From contig LYOR01000002.1 in assembly GCA_001766825.1 (NCBI GenBank), positions 61,810-125,809 of the forward strand: 64,000 bases of DNA. Direction: 5' to 3'. Origin of the DNA: Candidatus Syntropharchaeum butanivorans. Lineage in GTDB: Archaea; Halobacteriota; Syntropharchaeia; Syntropharchaeales; Syntropharchaeaceae. Position 1 is the first letter of the stretch, and every line of letters begins with the position of its first letter. Under the pieces are notes generated by a model. That model was not told the origin of the DNA and did no database searches. It worked only from the letters and a program-made list of their open reading frames with translations. The position numbers were made by a program, and so were the translations under genes. Positions 50,088 through 59,921 of this stretch are shown one piece after another.

Positions 50088-50375
50088 ATGGCGAAGATTC
50101 GAAGGTTGGTTCTTGACGTGCTGAAGCCGCATCAGCCCAACATTATAGAGTATGCGTATATACTTGGCAGCATCAAGGGGGTCGATGGTGCGAACCTGAG
50201 CCTCTATGAGGTGGACCAGGAGACGGAGAATGTAAAGATCACGCTTGAAGGGAGTGATATCAACTTCAAAGATGTGGAAAAGGCGATTCAGGAGCTGGGA
50301 GGATCGATTCACTCTATCGACCTCGTGGCAACAGGGCAACGGCTGATTGAGGACGTGGGAACACTGATGGACTGA
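50088..50375 (+). CDS. DUF211 family protein
   Basis: RRLVLDVLKPH..P, SIHSID. Confidence 0.88.
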   Translation: MAKIRRLVLDVLKPHQPNIIEYAYILGSIKGVDGANLSLYEVDQETENVKITLEGSDINFKDVEKAIQELGGSIHSIDLVATGQRLIEDVGTLMD

Positions 50376-50387
50376 GGGGGAGCGGCT

Positions 50388-50867
50388 ATTATCAGAGGAA
50401 AGGTGTGGAAATTCGGTGACAACGTGGACACAGATCAGATCATCCCCGCGGAGTATCTTTTGACAGGTAACCCTGTGGAGCTTGCAAAGCACGCCTTCTC
50501 CAAGGTGCGACCCGAGTTTGCGGAGAATGTTAGAAGAGGAGATATCATCGTTGCCGGGTTAAACTTCGGTTCTGGATCCAGCAGGGAACATGCGCCAAGG
50601 GCACTTCTCGGTGCAGGGATATCATGCGTGATCGCAGAGAGCTTCTCCAGGATATTCTTCAGGAACGCGATAAATATCGGCTTACCCCTGGTAGAGTGCA
50701 GGATAAGTGCAAAAGAGGGGGATATCCTTGAGGTGGATCTGGAAAAGGGTCTGATCAGGAATGTGACAGGTGGAGAGTCATTCAGCTTCAAACCATTACC
50801 TGGCTTCTTGCGGGAGATGCTTGATGCAGGCGGGCTCATAGGATGGTTAAGGTCAAGACCTCAATAG
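50388..50867 (+). CDS. leuD: 3-isopropylmalate dehydratase small subunit (start ATT 50388 or GTG 50403)
   Basis: VWKFGDNVDTD, NFGSGSSREHA, FFRNAINIG. Confidence 0.92.
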   Translation: MIRGKVWKFGDNVDTDQIIPAEYLLTGNPVELAKHAFSKVRPEFAENVRRGDIIVAGLNFGSGSSREHAPRALLGAGISCVIAESFSRIFFRNAINIGLPLVECRISAKEGDILEVDLEKGLIRNVTGGESFSFKPLPGFLREMLDAGGLIGWLRSRPQ

Positions 50868-51937
50868 AGGAGATTGAGCAGTACAGACCCGGAGAAACGG
50901 TTGAAGAAACCGCACACAGGGTGGAGCTTGATGTAAGTGAAATTATCAAGCTTGCATCGAATGAAAACGTCCTCGGACCATCTCCAGCTGCTGTTCAGGC
51001 GATTATAAGTGGCGTGGATAGGGTCAACACTTACCCGACCGTGGATGCCATCCATCTCAGATCCGAGATACTATCGCACCTCGGCGAGGGTTTTCTCATC
51101 GAGAACATAGTCTGCGGTAACGGTTCAGATGGGGTTATTGAGGCGCTTGTACATCTCTTTATTGAGGATGGAGACGAAGCGATCATCCCGATACCCACAT
51201 TCTCATTCTACGAGCTGGTTGTGAGGATGCACGGTGGAAGACCGGTTTTCCTGACGCGAGATTCCGAATTCGGGTTTTCATCCGATGAGATCATCTCAAA
51301 GGTGACAGATCGAACGAAGCTCGTCTTCATCGCGTCGCCGAACAATCCAACCGGGAACTCGATCGATGAGCAGACCCTCAGAGATCTCCTTGAGTCTCTG
51401 GATGCGATGATAATCCTTGACGAGGCGTACATCGAGTTCTCCTCAAAGCCATCCCTCAACAGGCTCGTGCTTGAGTATGATAACCTCGCTGTGATACACA
51501 CATTCTCAAAGGCTTATGGGCTTGCAGGTATGAGGGTGGGGTATGGGGTGATCCCGGGATGGCTCTTTCCCTATTACACCCGTGCAACACCGCCATTTGC
51601 GGTAAACACCCTTGCTGAAGCGGCTGCAATCGCGGCTCTACGGGATGAGAAGCACCTTGAGAGGACGAAAAAGATGGTGGAGGATGGAAAAAAGTTTCTC
51701 ACAACAGAAATTCCTTTCAAGGTCTATCCAGGTGATGCAAACTTCGTACTCGTTGATACGTCCCCGCTCACATCCCGGGAGGTCACTGAGGCGCTCAAAC
51801 CTATGGGTATAATCGTGCGCGATTGTGCCGGGTTCAGGGGCATGGGGGACTCGTTTATAAGGATCACTATCGGAAGAAGAGAGGATAACAGGAGGGTTGT
51901 TGAAGCCTTGAGAAAGATAAAAAATCGAGTGATTTAA
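50843..51937 (+). CDS. hisC: Histidinol-phosphate aminotransferase
   Basis: LASNEN, PNNPTG, DEAY, TFSKAYGLAGMRVG. Confidence 0.93.
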   Translation: MVKVKTSIEEIEQYRPGETVEETAHRVELDVSEIIKLASNENVLGPSPAAVQAIISGVDRVNTYPTVDAIHLRSEILSHLGEGFLIENIVCGNGSDGVIEALVHLFIEDGDEAIIPIPTFSFYELVVRMHGGRPVFLTRDSEFGFSSDEIISKVTDRTKLVFIASPNNPTGNSIDEQTLRDLLESLDAMIILDEAYIEFSSKPSLNRLVLEYDNLAVIHTFSKAYGLAGMRVGYGVIPGWLFPYYTRATPPFAVNTLAEAAAIAALRDEKHLERTKKMVEDGKKFLTTEIPFKVYPGDANFVLVDTSPLTSREVTEALKPMGIIVRDCAGFRGMGDSFIRITIGRREDNRRVVEALRKIKNRVI

Positions 51938-52022
51938 CCGGTGTTTCAGATCGCTTCTCGCTTTTCCGGGTCTGAGGGTGAGGTTCAGCCACCTTTAAAT
52001 ATCCTGTGGTTGAGTGGGGAGT

Positions 52023-53225
52023 ATGCCGATCATCATCAACGCGGACCTTCACATCCACTCACACTATGCTGCTGCATCATCCAGAGAGATGACGATTTCA
52101 AGACTCGCAAGAGAGGGACCGAAGAAGGGGATAAACCTCATCGGGAGTGGGGATTGCCTCCATCCAGGATGGCTCGCGGAGATGAGGGCTGAAAGAAGGA
52201 TATTTGATCGGCTTTTCATACCAACCTGCGAGGTTGAGGACTCAAACCGCGTCCATCATCTCATCATCCTGCCCTCCCTAACGAAAGCAGAGGAGCTTCG
52301 TGAGGCTTTTGCCCCCTACTCTGTAGATATCGATACAAACGGGAGGCCCAGGGTCAACCTCTCCGGGTGCGAGATCGCTGAGGCTGCAAGAGACGTGGAG
52401 GCGCTTATAGGTCCTGCACATGCTTTCACACCCTGGACATCGCTGTATGCCTGTTATGACTCGTTGAGTGAGTGTTACGAGGATATGGTGGATTATATCG
52501 CCTTTATCGAGCTTGGGCTGAGTGCTGATACATCCTACGCGGATATGATCAGCAGACACCACGATCTCACATTTCTCACAAACTCAGACGCGCACTCACC
52601 CTGGCCCATCAGGCTTGCACGGGAGTTTAACCGGTTTGAGATGGAAGATACGACATTTGACGAGCTTAAGATGGCGATACTGAGAAAGAAAGGAAGAAGA
52701 CCGATTTTAAATGTTGGACTACCCCCAGAGGAGGGTAAATATAACAGAACTGCATGTACACGATGCTACAGGCAGTTCGACCTTGAAGAAGCCGTCAAGA
52801 TCAAATGGAGGTGTGAATGCGGGGGTCTCATCAAAAAAGGTGTCTTTGACAGGGTCCGGGAGCTTGCAGACCTGGAAAAGCCGTATCATCCCCCCCATCG
52901 CCCACCCTACCTCCACCTGATCCCGCTCTCAGAGATCATATCACTCGCGATTGGACATGGTGTGAACACAAAGGCCGTCAGAGATCTCTGGGAGGAGCTT
53001 GTCCTGCACTTTGGTTCAGAGGTGGCGGTACTTCTTGACGCAGAACCAGATGAGCTTGAGGGGTTCGATGAGAGGATCGTTTATGCGATCTCTGCCTTCA
53101 GGGATGGGCGAATCATCGTTGAGCCAGGCGGTGGTGGGAAATATGGCACCATCAAGCTTCCAGAGAGGGATGAAAGAAAGCCTCCAAAAGGGCAGCGATC
53201 GCTTTTTGATGCATACGGTAAGTAA
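52023..53225 (+). CDS. PHP-family endonuclease Q-like protein (TIGR00375)
   Basis: DLHIHS, PAHAFTP, NSDAHS, GKY..TAC..C..C.CGG. Confidence 0.88.
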   Translation: MPIIINADLHIHSHYAAASSREMTISRLAREGPKKGINLIGSGDCLHPGWLAEMRAERRIFDRLFIPTCEVEDSNRVHHLIILPSLTKAEELREAFAPYSVDIDTNGRPRVNLSGCEIAEAARDVEALIGPAHAFTPWTSLYACYDSLSECYEDMVDYIAFIELGLSADTSYADMISRHHDLTFLTNSDAHSPWPIRLAREFNRFEMEDTTFDELKMAILRKKGRRPILNVGLPPEEGKYNRTACTRCYRQFDLEEAVKIKWRCECGGLIKKGVFDRVRELADLEKPYHPPHRPPYLHLIPLSEIISLAIGHGVNTKAVRDLWEELVLHFGSEVAVLLDAEPDELEGFDERIVYAISAFRDGRIIVEPGGGGKYGTIKLPERDERKPPKGQRSLFDAYGK

Positions 53226-53320
53226 GGGGTAAAATTATCCCATGTCAGCCTCCCCTCTCTAACAGGTTGCAAGTCATGGGAGGAAAAAAAGGCGGGGTGG
53301 TATGGAATTTTGCAGGATAT

Positions 53321-54189
53321 TGTGTAGTCCTGAAATTTTTGACCTTATAACCCTACCTCTCATTCCCAACCACCTCATCAAAAAGCTTGAATGCAACACC
53401 TAACCTTGCTTCTACAGGCAACCTGCTCCAGAATGAGGCGCATCCGCCTCATAAGGGGGATTGCATCCCCTCTACCCCGCGTCCGATCTTCGATCGGACT
53501 CGTCCTGCCGAAGGCAGGACATTTTGGCAACGCCTTTTATAAAAAGGCGTAAGCTCTCAAAATCGTCTCTGTACCTGCTATAACAGTCAAAGAGCTTCTC
53601 TATCTTGCCATTCGTCTGGGGATGCTTTATCCTGGATGTTATCAGCTTTATGCCCAGGGATTCAAGGTGACGTCTGAGATTAACTCTTTCATTGGCATGA
53701 TGCCCCAGTAATCCTCAACAAGCTTATCTACCAAAGCTATGCTGTTTTCAGTGTTGGCATTCTTGAATTCTCCTGCTGCAAGGATCTTCCTTGAAGCATC
53801 ATCCAGAATAGCACAGAACTTTATCCCATCCTTCTCAAACCAGTCAATATGCCCTGCTGAGATCGAATGCTCCCTCTCGTATCGTATGTATGGCTTTCTC
53901 CTTCTCTTCTTCCTTGGTTCTTCCTTTGCCAATCCTTCTTCAAGCAAGTATTTGTGAATGCGATTGTGAGGGATGTGGATGCCGTAAACCTGTTCTATCA
54001 CCTTTTCAAGCCTTCTCGCTCCCAGCCTGTACCTGGCTTTGGCCTCCCTGATTATTTCCTTCTCCTTTTCGCTTAGCTCTTTCCCTTCTGCTTGTGCCTC
54101 ACGATGTACCTTATCTTCTTCTCTGTCAGTCTGCCGTAACCCATCAATTGGGTGAGGGTATTTAAAGTCAAATTTTTTGGGACTATACA
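53321..54189 (-). mobile_element. IS481-family remnant 2, deleted and interrupted by a hairpin cassette
   Basis: YEREHS..HIDW..ILDDASR and HPQTNGKIEK fragments; imperfect IRs TGTGTAGTCCTGAAA / TGTATAGTCCCAAAA. Confidence 0.85.
53433..53550. repeat. Multi-hairpin cassette 1 (five short perfect palindromes)
   Basis: ATGAGGCG-catc-CGCCTCAT; GGGGAT-tgc-ATCCCC; GTCCGATC-ttc-GATCGGAC; GTCCTGCC-gaa-GGCAGGAC; ACGCCTTTT-ata-AAAAGGCGT. Confidence 0.9.
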
Positions 54190-54259
54190 CCTCGCTAAAA
54201 AATGTTATTGTTGGGAAGTACCCGCTTTAATAACAAACATTTAAATACAATAGATTTAA

Positions 54260-54635
54260 GAGAACTTTGAAAAACCCACCCACTCCCAGAGCCCATCAGA
54301 TTAACAGGCAAATAAAAAATCCTCCTGTATGAGGCGCATCCGCCTCATCCACCCAATGTCCTACCTGCGGTAGGACTACGCTTTTCGAGCGAGAACCACA
54401 GCCGAAGGCTGGATATTTCCGATCTTTGATCAGAATTGCCCTATCGAAGATGGACTTTTGCGTAAAGGCTTTCCAAAGCCTGCGGTGAAGATGATATTCA
54501 TCTACGCATCAGGAATGAAAAAACAGGGGTAATGGATGAGGACTGAGGAGGGGATCCCGTCTCAGTGGCACTTATTATTTATGAGAGGGTCTGGTTCAGG
54601 TTTTGACCGGTGGGTGGGGGTAAATCAAAGTTCTC
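54260..54635. mobile_element. MITE-like element, copy B (full length, with internal hairpin cassette)
   Basis: 11-bp perfect TIR GAGAACTTTGA (54260-54270 / 54625-54635); homology with copies A and C; no ORF. Confidence 0.7.
54329..54464. repeat. Multi-hairpin cassette 2
   Basis: Same 20-mer ATGAGGCGCATCCGCCTCAT; GTCCTACC-tgc-GGTAGGAC; CAGCC-gaa-GGCTG; absent from copy C of the host repeat. Confidence 0.85.
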
Positions 54636-54649
54636 ATTAGTGATTCAAG

Positions 54650-56004
54650 ATGGAAGCGAAGAGGTATCCTGTTTCTTCTATGGATACTCATACTCTTTAC
54701 CTTCGTTTCGGTAGCAACAGCAGGAGATCCAACAGGAGCAAATACACTCTCAGAGAATCCAGGGGCACCTGTAGATTATGTCTGGATATTGATCTGCGGA
54801 TTTCTGGTAATGTTCATGCAACCGGGCTTTGCGATGCTTGAAGCTGGATTCTCAAGGGCAAAGAACGTGACAAACGTCCTGATGAAGAACCTCGTGGACT
54901 ACGCAGTAGGCTCGCTCGCATTCTTTGCGGTGGGTTACGCGATAATGATGGGGACTCCAGCGTACTTCTTGTCAGGTGATGCGTATGATGTTGGCACCAT
55001 CCTGAACTGGTACTTATGTGATCTACAGTGCCGTCATCTGTGCGATCATATATCCGATCTACGGCCACTGGCTCTGGGGAGGTGGGTGGTTGAGTTCAAC
55101 CGACTTCATGATCAAACTTGGTGGCGGATACGGTGCGCTTGACTTTGCGGGATCGGGTGTTGTCCATGCGATAGGCAGATATGTTCCACTTGCAGCATGC
55201 TTGCTGTTTGGTCCAAGAATTGGTAAGTACGACAATCAAGGAAGACCCATACCAATCCCAGGGCACAGTATCTCTCTTGCAGTCCTTGGAGCATTCATCC
55301 TATGGTTTGGGTGATTTGGCTTCAACCCGGGATCAACGCTTTCAGCCCATGAGCTTAGAATATCAGTGATAGCAGCGAATACGAACTTAGCTGCTGCGGC
55401 ATCTGCCATGACAGCAATGTTCATAACCTGGTCAAAGTTCGGCAAGCCTGATGTGGTCATGACAGTAAACGGTGCGATTGCAGGGCTTGTTGCGATAACA
55501 GCACCCTGTGCCTGGGTTGCACCATGGGCTGCGGTGGTGATAGGGGTCGTTGCAGGCTTTATCGTCTGCTACGGATACTGGTTCCTCGAGCAACATGGTG
55601 TGGATGATGTTGTAGGCGCAGTACCTGTTCATGGATTCAATGGGGCATGGGGGCTTCTCGCACTGGGCATATTTGCAGATGGGACTTATGGTAATTATAC
55701 AACCGTTGAGCCACTTGTTAGAGGATTACTCTACGGAAACACAGGATTCTTTGCATGCCAGGTCATAAGCGCAGTTGTAAACTTCTTCTGGGCATTTGGG
55801 ACAGGTTTCTTCCTGCTCTACGTGCTGAAGAAGACGATTGGAATCAGGGTATCACCGGAGGAGGAGTTCTTCATGGGCCTTGATATCAGTGACCACAGCA
55901 TCGTTACGTACCCAGACTTCGTCTACACAGAACCGGCAAGACCGGTCAGTGTAATACGAGTGAGTGAAAGAGAGAGATGGAGGGGGCAGGATGAAGAAGA
56001 TTGA
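54650..56004 (+). pseudogene. amtB: Ammonium transporter pseudogene
   Basis: FMQPGFAMLEAG, DFAGSGVVH, GAVPVHG; frameshift just after start, deletion near 55015, TGA at 55312 replacing Trp in WFGWFGFN. Confidence 0.92.
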
Positions 56005-56242
56005 GGCGATAATAAGACCTGAAAAGCTCGATGATGTAAAAAACGCTTTAGAGAGTGCGAACTTTGTGAGCATGAACCTCACAGAGATTCGGGGAAGAGG
56101 CAGACAGAAGGGTGTGAAGCTTGCATGGCGCGGTACAGAGTATCTGATGGAGATGGTTCCAAAGATTAAGATAGACATGGTTGTGAGGAATGAGGATGCA
56201 GAAAAGGTCGTTGAGATCATCGCAGAGAGTTTGAACGCGTGA
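55991..56242 (+). pseudogene. glnK: P-II nitrogen regulator, C-terminally truncated
   Basis: MKKIEAIIRPEKL, GRGRQKG; lacks TG..GDGKIF. Confidence 0.85.
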
Positions 56243-56270
56243 AACTGGAGAGAAGGCAATATAGAACCTT

Positions 56271-58196
56271 TTACTTTTTCAAAATATCCTTAACACTCAC
56301 CCTGTGAAGGATGAGCTGAGCCCTTCCCTCCCCCTCCTCCAGGATCTCAAAGTCTTCGAGTATGATCTCACCCCTGAAATTTGGTCCGCCAATAACGAGG
56401 CTTTCAAGCTCCCCGCCCTCACCCACGATGCTTATACCATATCTCTCCTTCAATCTCATGAGTTCATCAAGATCTGAATGGGTTATCTCACGCCCGAGCC
56501 ATGAGCTATCAAGCCCCTCTGCTGCAACAGCGGTGAACACGATCCTAAACCCGGCATTAAGCATCTCTCGAATCACCCGCTCCTCATCCAAGTGCCACAG
56601 TGGTGAAAAGACCTTCAGACCAATCCTATCTGCGATTAACTCTATCCGCTCCCGTTGATAGTTCGAGTACAGTGCGCCGGTCACAACACCCTCAATCTTG
56701 TACTCATCCCTCGCCCGCAAGAGCACTCTCTCAAGATCGAATAGCTCATACTCCGCCTCTCCAGCAGTCTCCTCGATAACCGGTGGTATCCCCATAAGCT
56801 CGGCCTGCAGCGGGACCAGATCGATCGTGGGAGTATGAAACATGTATGACGCGGGGTTTTTACTCTTGAGCGTTATCAGACATCTTATCTCGTAGTTCTG
56901 CATCTGCATGAGGTAAAGTGCATATGTACTATCCTTTCCGGAGCTGTAGAGTACCCCAAGTCTCAAGTTAGGCCTTTTCAGAATTTCCCTGAGGTACTGG
57001 TTCTTCGAACGAAATCCCTTCGATCTTGCAAGCCTTGCAATTGCCCGATCAAAACCGCTTCCATACTGTGCTGCGGTCTTTTTTCTGTATGCAAAGGCTT
57101 CATTGACCCCGAGATCGAGTGCAACCTCTCTAAGGATCAACTTATTAACATCGCCATCTATTTTGAGCTCTGATGGGATCTTAAGCGCATACTCGATGAT
57201 CTTTGGATCGAGAAAAGGCATGATCAGTTCAACTCCCACATTTGCCGCTATAACCTCATCTCTATAGCTATTTCGCTCATAATATGAGAGCATATCAGAA
57301 AAACAATCTTTGTTGACATCCTTAGACATTTTATGCCTATTATATCCTCCAAAAAGCTCATCAGATCCATTTCCAACGAATATATGATCAATTCCATCCC
57401 TTTTCGCCTCTGACACTGCGATTAAAACCGGTAGTCCGACCCCGACCTTCATCGCACTCGAATCCTCGATAAGCTCAACAACCTCGCGAACATGGCGCTG
57501 AATATCATCCATCCCCACCTCTGTCACCTTAAGGTTTAAACCGTGCTCCTCTGCCGCCCTCATCGCAAACTCAATATCCTTCGAGGCTTCAACCCCTGCC
57601 GAGTAACAGGTGAAACGTTCAGCCCCAACTATCTGCTTTATGCAGCATGCAAGAAGGGTTGAATCGAGACCCCCTGAGAGTAGAAGCCCAAAATGCCCAT
57701 CTGGAATTCTCGATTCTACAGCCTCGATTATAAGCTCTTTAAGCTCCCTTCTGATCTCTTCCCTGCTTTTTTCATGCTCATCTCCCAGGCTGAAGAAGCC
57801 CTTATAGGAACGAGAGATCTCATCTCTCATGGTGTGATATGATATGACCTCCCTCGGGTTAAGCTCGAATGTATCCCTGAACCCAAGCCTGAGAAGTACC
57901 TTCCGTTCAGATGCAAAGGCAAAACCGTTAGACAGACTGTAGAAGATCGGTTTTATCCCGATACGATCGCGCTCGATTCTGATCTCATCACCTTCCCAGG
58001 TGGCAGATGCATATCCACAAATACCACGATCCTCCGCGAGTATAAGATCGCCCTTCACGCTGATACCACCGAGTGCAGACCTCTCTCGCACATAAACGCT
58101 GGATGGATCCACCCCCCTTTTTTCCATCATTTTAATACCTTTTAATACAAGATCCTCCGCAGAATCGTGGTTAAAGACTCCTATGATCCCTGACAT
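56271..58196 (-). CDS. Fusion of asparagine-synthetase-like domain and diphthine-ammonia ligase (Dph6) domain
   Basis: RDRIGIKP, LSGGLDS, GSDELFGGY, then SSGKDS, SYMFH, GEGGELES. Confidence 0.88.
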   Translation of the reverse strand: MSGIIGVFNHDSAEDLVLKGIKMMEKRGVDPSSVYVRERSALGGISVKGDLILAEDRGICGYASATWEGDEIRIERDRIGIKPIFYSLSNGFAFASERKVLLRLGFRDTFELNPREVISYHTMRDEISRSYKGFFSLGDEHEKSREEIRRELKELIIEAVESRIPDGHFGLLLSGGLDSTLLACCIKQIVGAERFTCYSAGVEASKDIEFAMRAAEEHGLNLKVTEVGMDDIQRHVREVVELIEDSSAMKVGVGLPVLIAVSEAKRDGIDHIFVGNGSDELFGGYNRHKMSKDVNKDCFSDMLSYYERNSYRDEVIAANVGVELIMPFLDPKIIEYALKIPSELKIDGDVNKLILREVALDLGVNEAFAYRKKTAAQYGSGFDRAIARLARSKGFRSKNQYLREILKRPNLRLGVLYSSGKDSTYALYLMQMQNYEIRCLITLKSKNPASYMFHTPTIDLVPLQAELMGIPPVIEETAGEAEYELFDLERVLLRARDEYKIEGVVTGALYSNYQRERIELIADRIGLKVFSPLWHLDEERVIREMLNAGFRIVFTAVAAEGLDSSWLGREITHSDLDELMRLKERYGISIVGEGGELESLVIGGPNFRGEIILEDFEILEEGEGRAQLILHRVSVKDILKK

Positions 58197-58200
58197 ACAC

Positions 58201-58563
58201 TTATCTTCTCTCAAAGATGTACTTCTTCTGCCTGAGTGATAAAACTCTGATTCCTTCAGCTCTCAACCTCTCTGCAAGCTCTTTATCGTTTGTAAGAACT
58301 GCTGCACCCTCCCGCAAGGCAGCCTCAAGTATTGCATCATCAGCCTCCCCCCTACCCTCTATCACCTTACATCTCTCAAGAAGTGATGATGCCAGGTTCA
58401 GAGCAAGCCTATCCGATCCCCTGAGCTCTTTCTTCAGCGCTTCAAGCTCATTCAGAACCGGTTCAACGACAAGATACTCGTTATACCCGAGCCTCTCGAG
58501 TTCAGAAAAGATATCCACCCATCTTATCATGAGCAGCCCGTTTGTATCGAGCAAAACCTTCAC
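58201..58563 (-). CDS. PIN-domain protein (Fcf1/Utp24-like)
   Basis: VLLDTN, ELE.L, ADDAI, LTNDKEL; follows aIF2-gamma. Confidence 0.88.
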   Translation of the reverse strand: MKVLLDTNGLLMIRWVDIFSELERLGYNEYLVVEPVLNELEALKKELRGSDRLALNLASSLLERCKVIEGRGEADDAILEAALREGAAVLTNDKELAERLRAEGIRVLSLRQKKYIFERR

Positions 58564-59783
58564 TTCAGTATGACCCCTGCCCCGATGAGTCGCCATCTTG
58601 TCCCGATCCTTCGGCTTATCGCGACAGGTGCACCGACCTCAGCACAGACGGGACGCTTGAGGATGACTTCTGCCTCAGCACCCCGGGCACTTTTCACGAT
58701 CCCAACCGTTGTCATCGTACCTATGCTCAGCATCAACGGTTCGTTCGATCGAAGTGGTTCAACTGCAGCCTCATCATCTGACCCCACCACCCGATCAAGA
58801 AGTCGGACGCTCATCGTAAAGCTCTTCCACACGGGAGGTAATGTACCAGGGGTCCCGGCCACCTGGCCAACAAGAGCATCTCCTTTTGTCAGAAACGGAT
58901 CGAGCTTTGTACCAACCGCTATCAACCCACCAGGTGTCGCCTCCTTGATCTTCTTTCCCCCGGTCTGAATCTCTGTAATGACACTCTTAAGCGGCACCCA
59001 TTCGCTCCTGCCTTCCCGCTCCACTGAGATGCCCGGCCTTATCTCGATCTTCTCTTTCGGTCTGAGCGTGCCCCTGCTCAGCGTTCCACCGATAACCCCT
59101 CCCTGAATCTTTGAATATGGGGTACCTGGCTTGTTTACATCAAAGGAGCGCGCGATGAACATCTGGGCCCCACCCTCTTCCTTCACCTCAGGGGTGGGTA
59201 TCACCTTCTCGATCGTCTGGATGAGAACATCAAGGTTTGCGTTATGCTGGGCTGAGATGGGAATAATCGGTGCATTTTCCGCGATTGTGCCTGCTATAAA
59301 CTTCTTTATCTGTTCGTAATGCTCGATCGCCTCCTCCCTTGTGACGAGGTCTATCTTGTTCTGTACAATCACGATATTCTTGACCCCGATCACATCCAGT
59401 GCCATGAGGTGCTCCTTTGTCTGAGGCCTCGGGCAGGGTTCACTTGCAGCGATGACAAGAATTGCCCCATTCATGATCGCTGCCCCGGAGAGCATCGTTG
59501 CCATGAGCGTTTCATGCCCTGGTGAGTCGACAAAAGATACCGTTCTCACTTCCTTTGTCTTCGCACCACATACCTCACACTTCTCCTTCACCGTGTAGCA
59601 GGATGGTTCAGGGCAGTTCGGACATCTCCTGAAGGTGGCATCCGCGTACCCGAGTCTGATCGATATTCCACGCTTGACCTCCTCGCTGTGCCGATCCGTC
59701 CAGACACCTGATAACGCACTCACGAGGGTTGTCTTGCCATGATCGACGTGCCCAACCACTCCTATATTAACACACGGCTTCAA
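58560..59783 (-). CDS. eif2g: Translation initiation factor 2 gamma subunit
   Basis: [34 protein letters not shown]. Confidence 0.98.
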   Translation of the reverse strand: MKPCVNIGVVGHVDHGKTTLVSALSGVWTDRHSEEVKRGISIRLGYADATFRRCPNCPEPSCYTVKEKCEVCGAKTKEVRTVSFVDSPGHETLMATMLSGAAIMNGAILVIAASEPCPRPQTKEHLMALDVIGVKNIVIVQNKIDLVTREEAIEHYEQIKKFIAGTIAENAPIIPISAQHNANLDVLIQTIEKVIPTPEVKEEGGAQMFIARSFDVNKPGTPYSKIQGGVIGGTLSRGTLRPKEKIEIRPGISVEREGRSEWVPLKSVITEIQTGGKKIKEATPGGLIAVGTKLDPFLTKGDALVGQVAGTPGTLPPVWKSFTMSVRLLDRVVGSDDEAAVEPLRSNEPLMLSIGTMTTVGIVKSARGAEAEVILKRPVCAEVGAPVAISRRIGTRWRLIGAGVILK

Positions 59784-59921
59784 TCGTTCATCTCCTCTCC
59801 TGTTAAGCTGTGGTTTAATACTGCTGTGACCTATTTATATCTAACCCAATCATATCAATTGAGGATTGCCCTATTATTTTATCATCGGGATCATGCTCTT
59901 CTTCAGGATTGTACCAGCACT

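Noticed and set aside
53433-54480. Hairpin clusters as a CRISPR array
   Set aside because: Units are not identical direct repeats with regular unique spacers
55312-55314. In-frame TGA in amtB as possible selenocysteine or recoding
   Set aside because: The position is a conserved Trp (WFGWFGFN) and the gene has other disabling lesions
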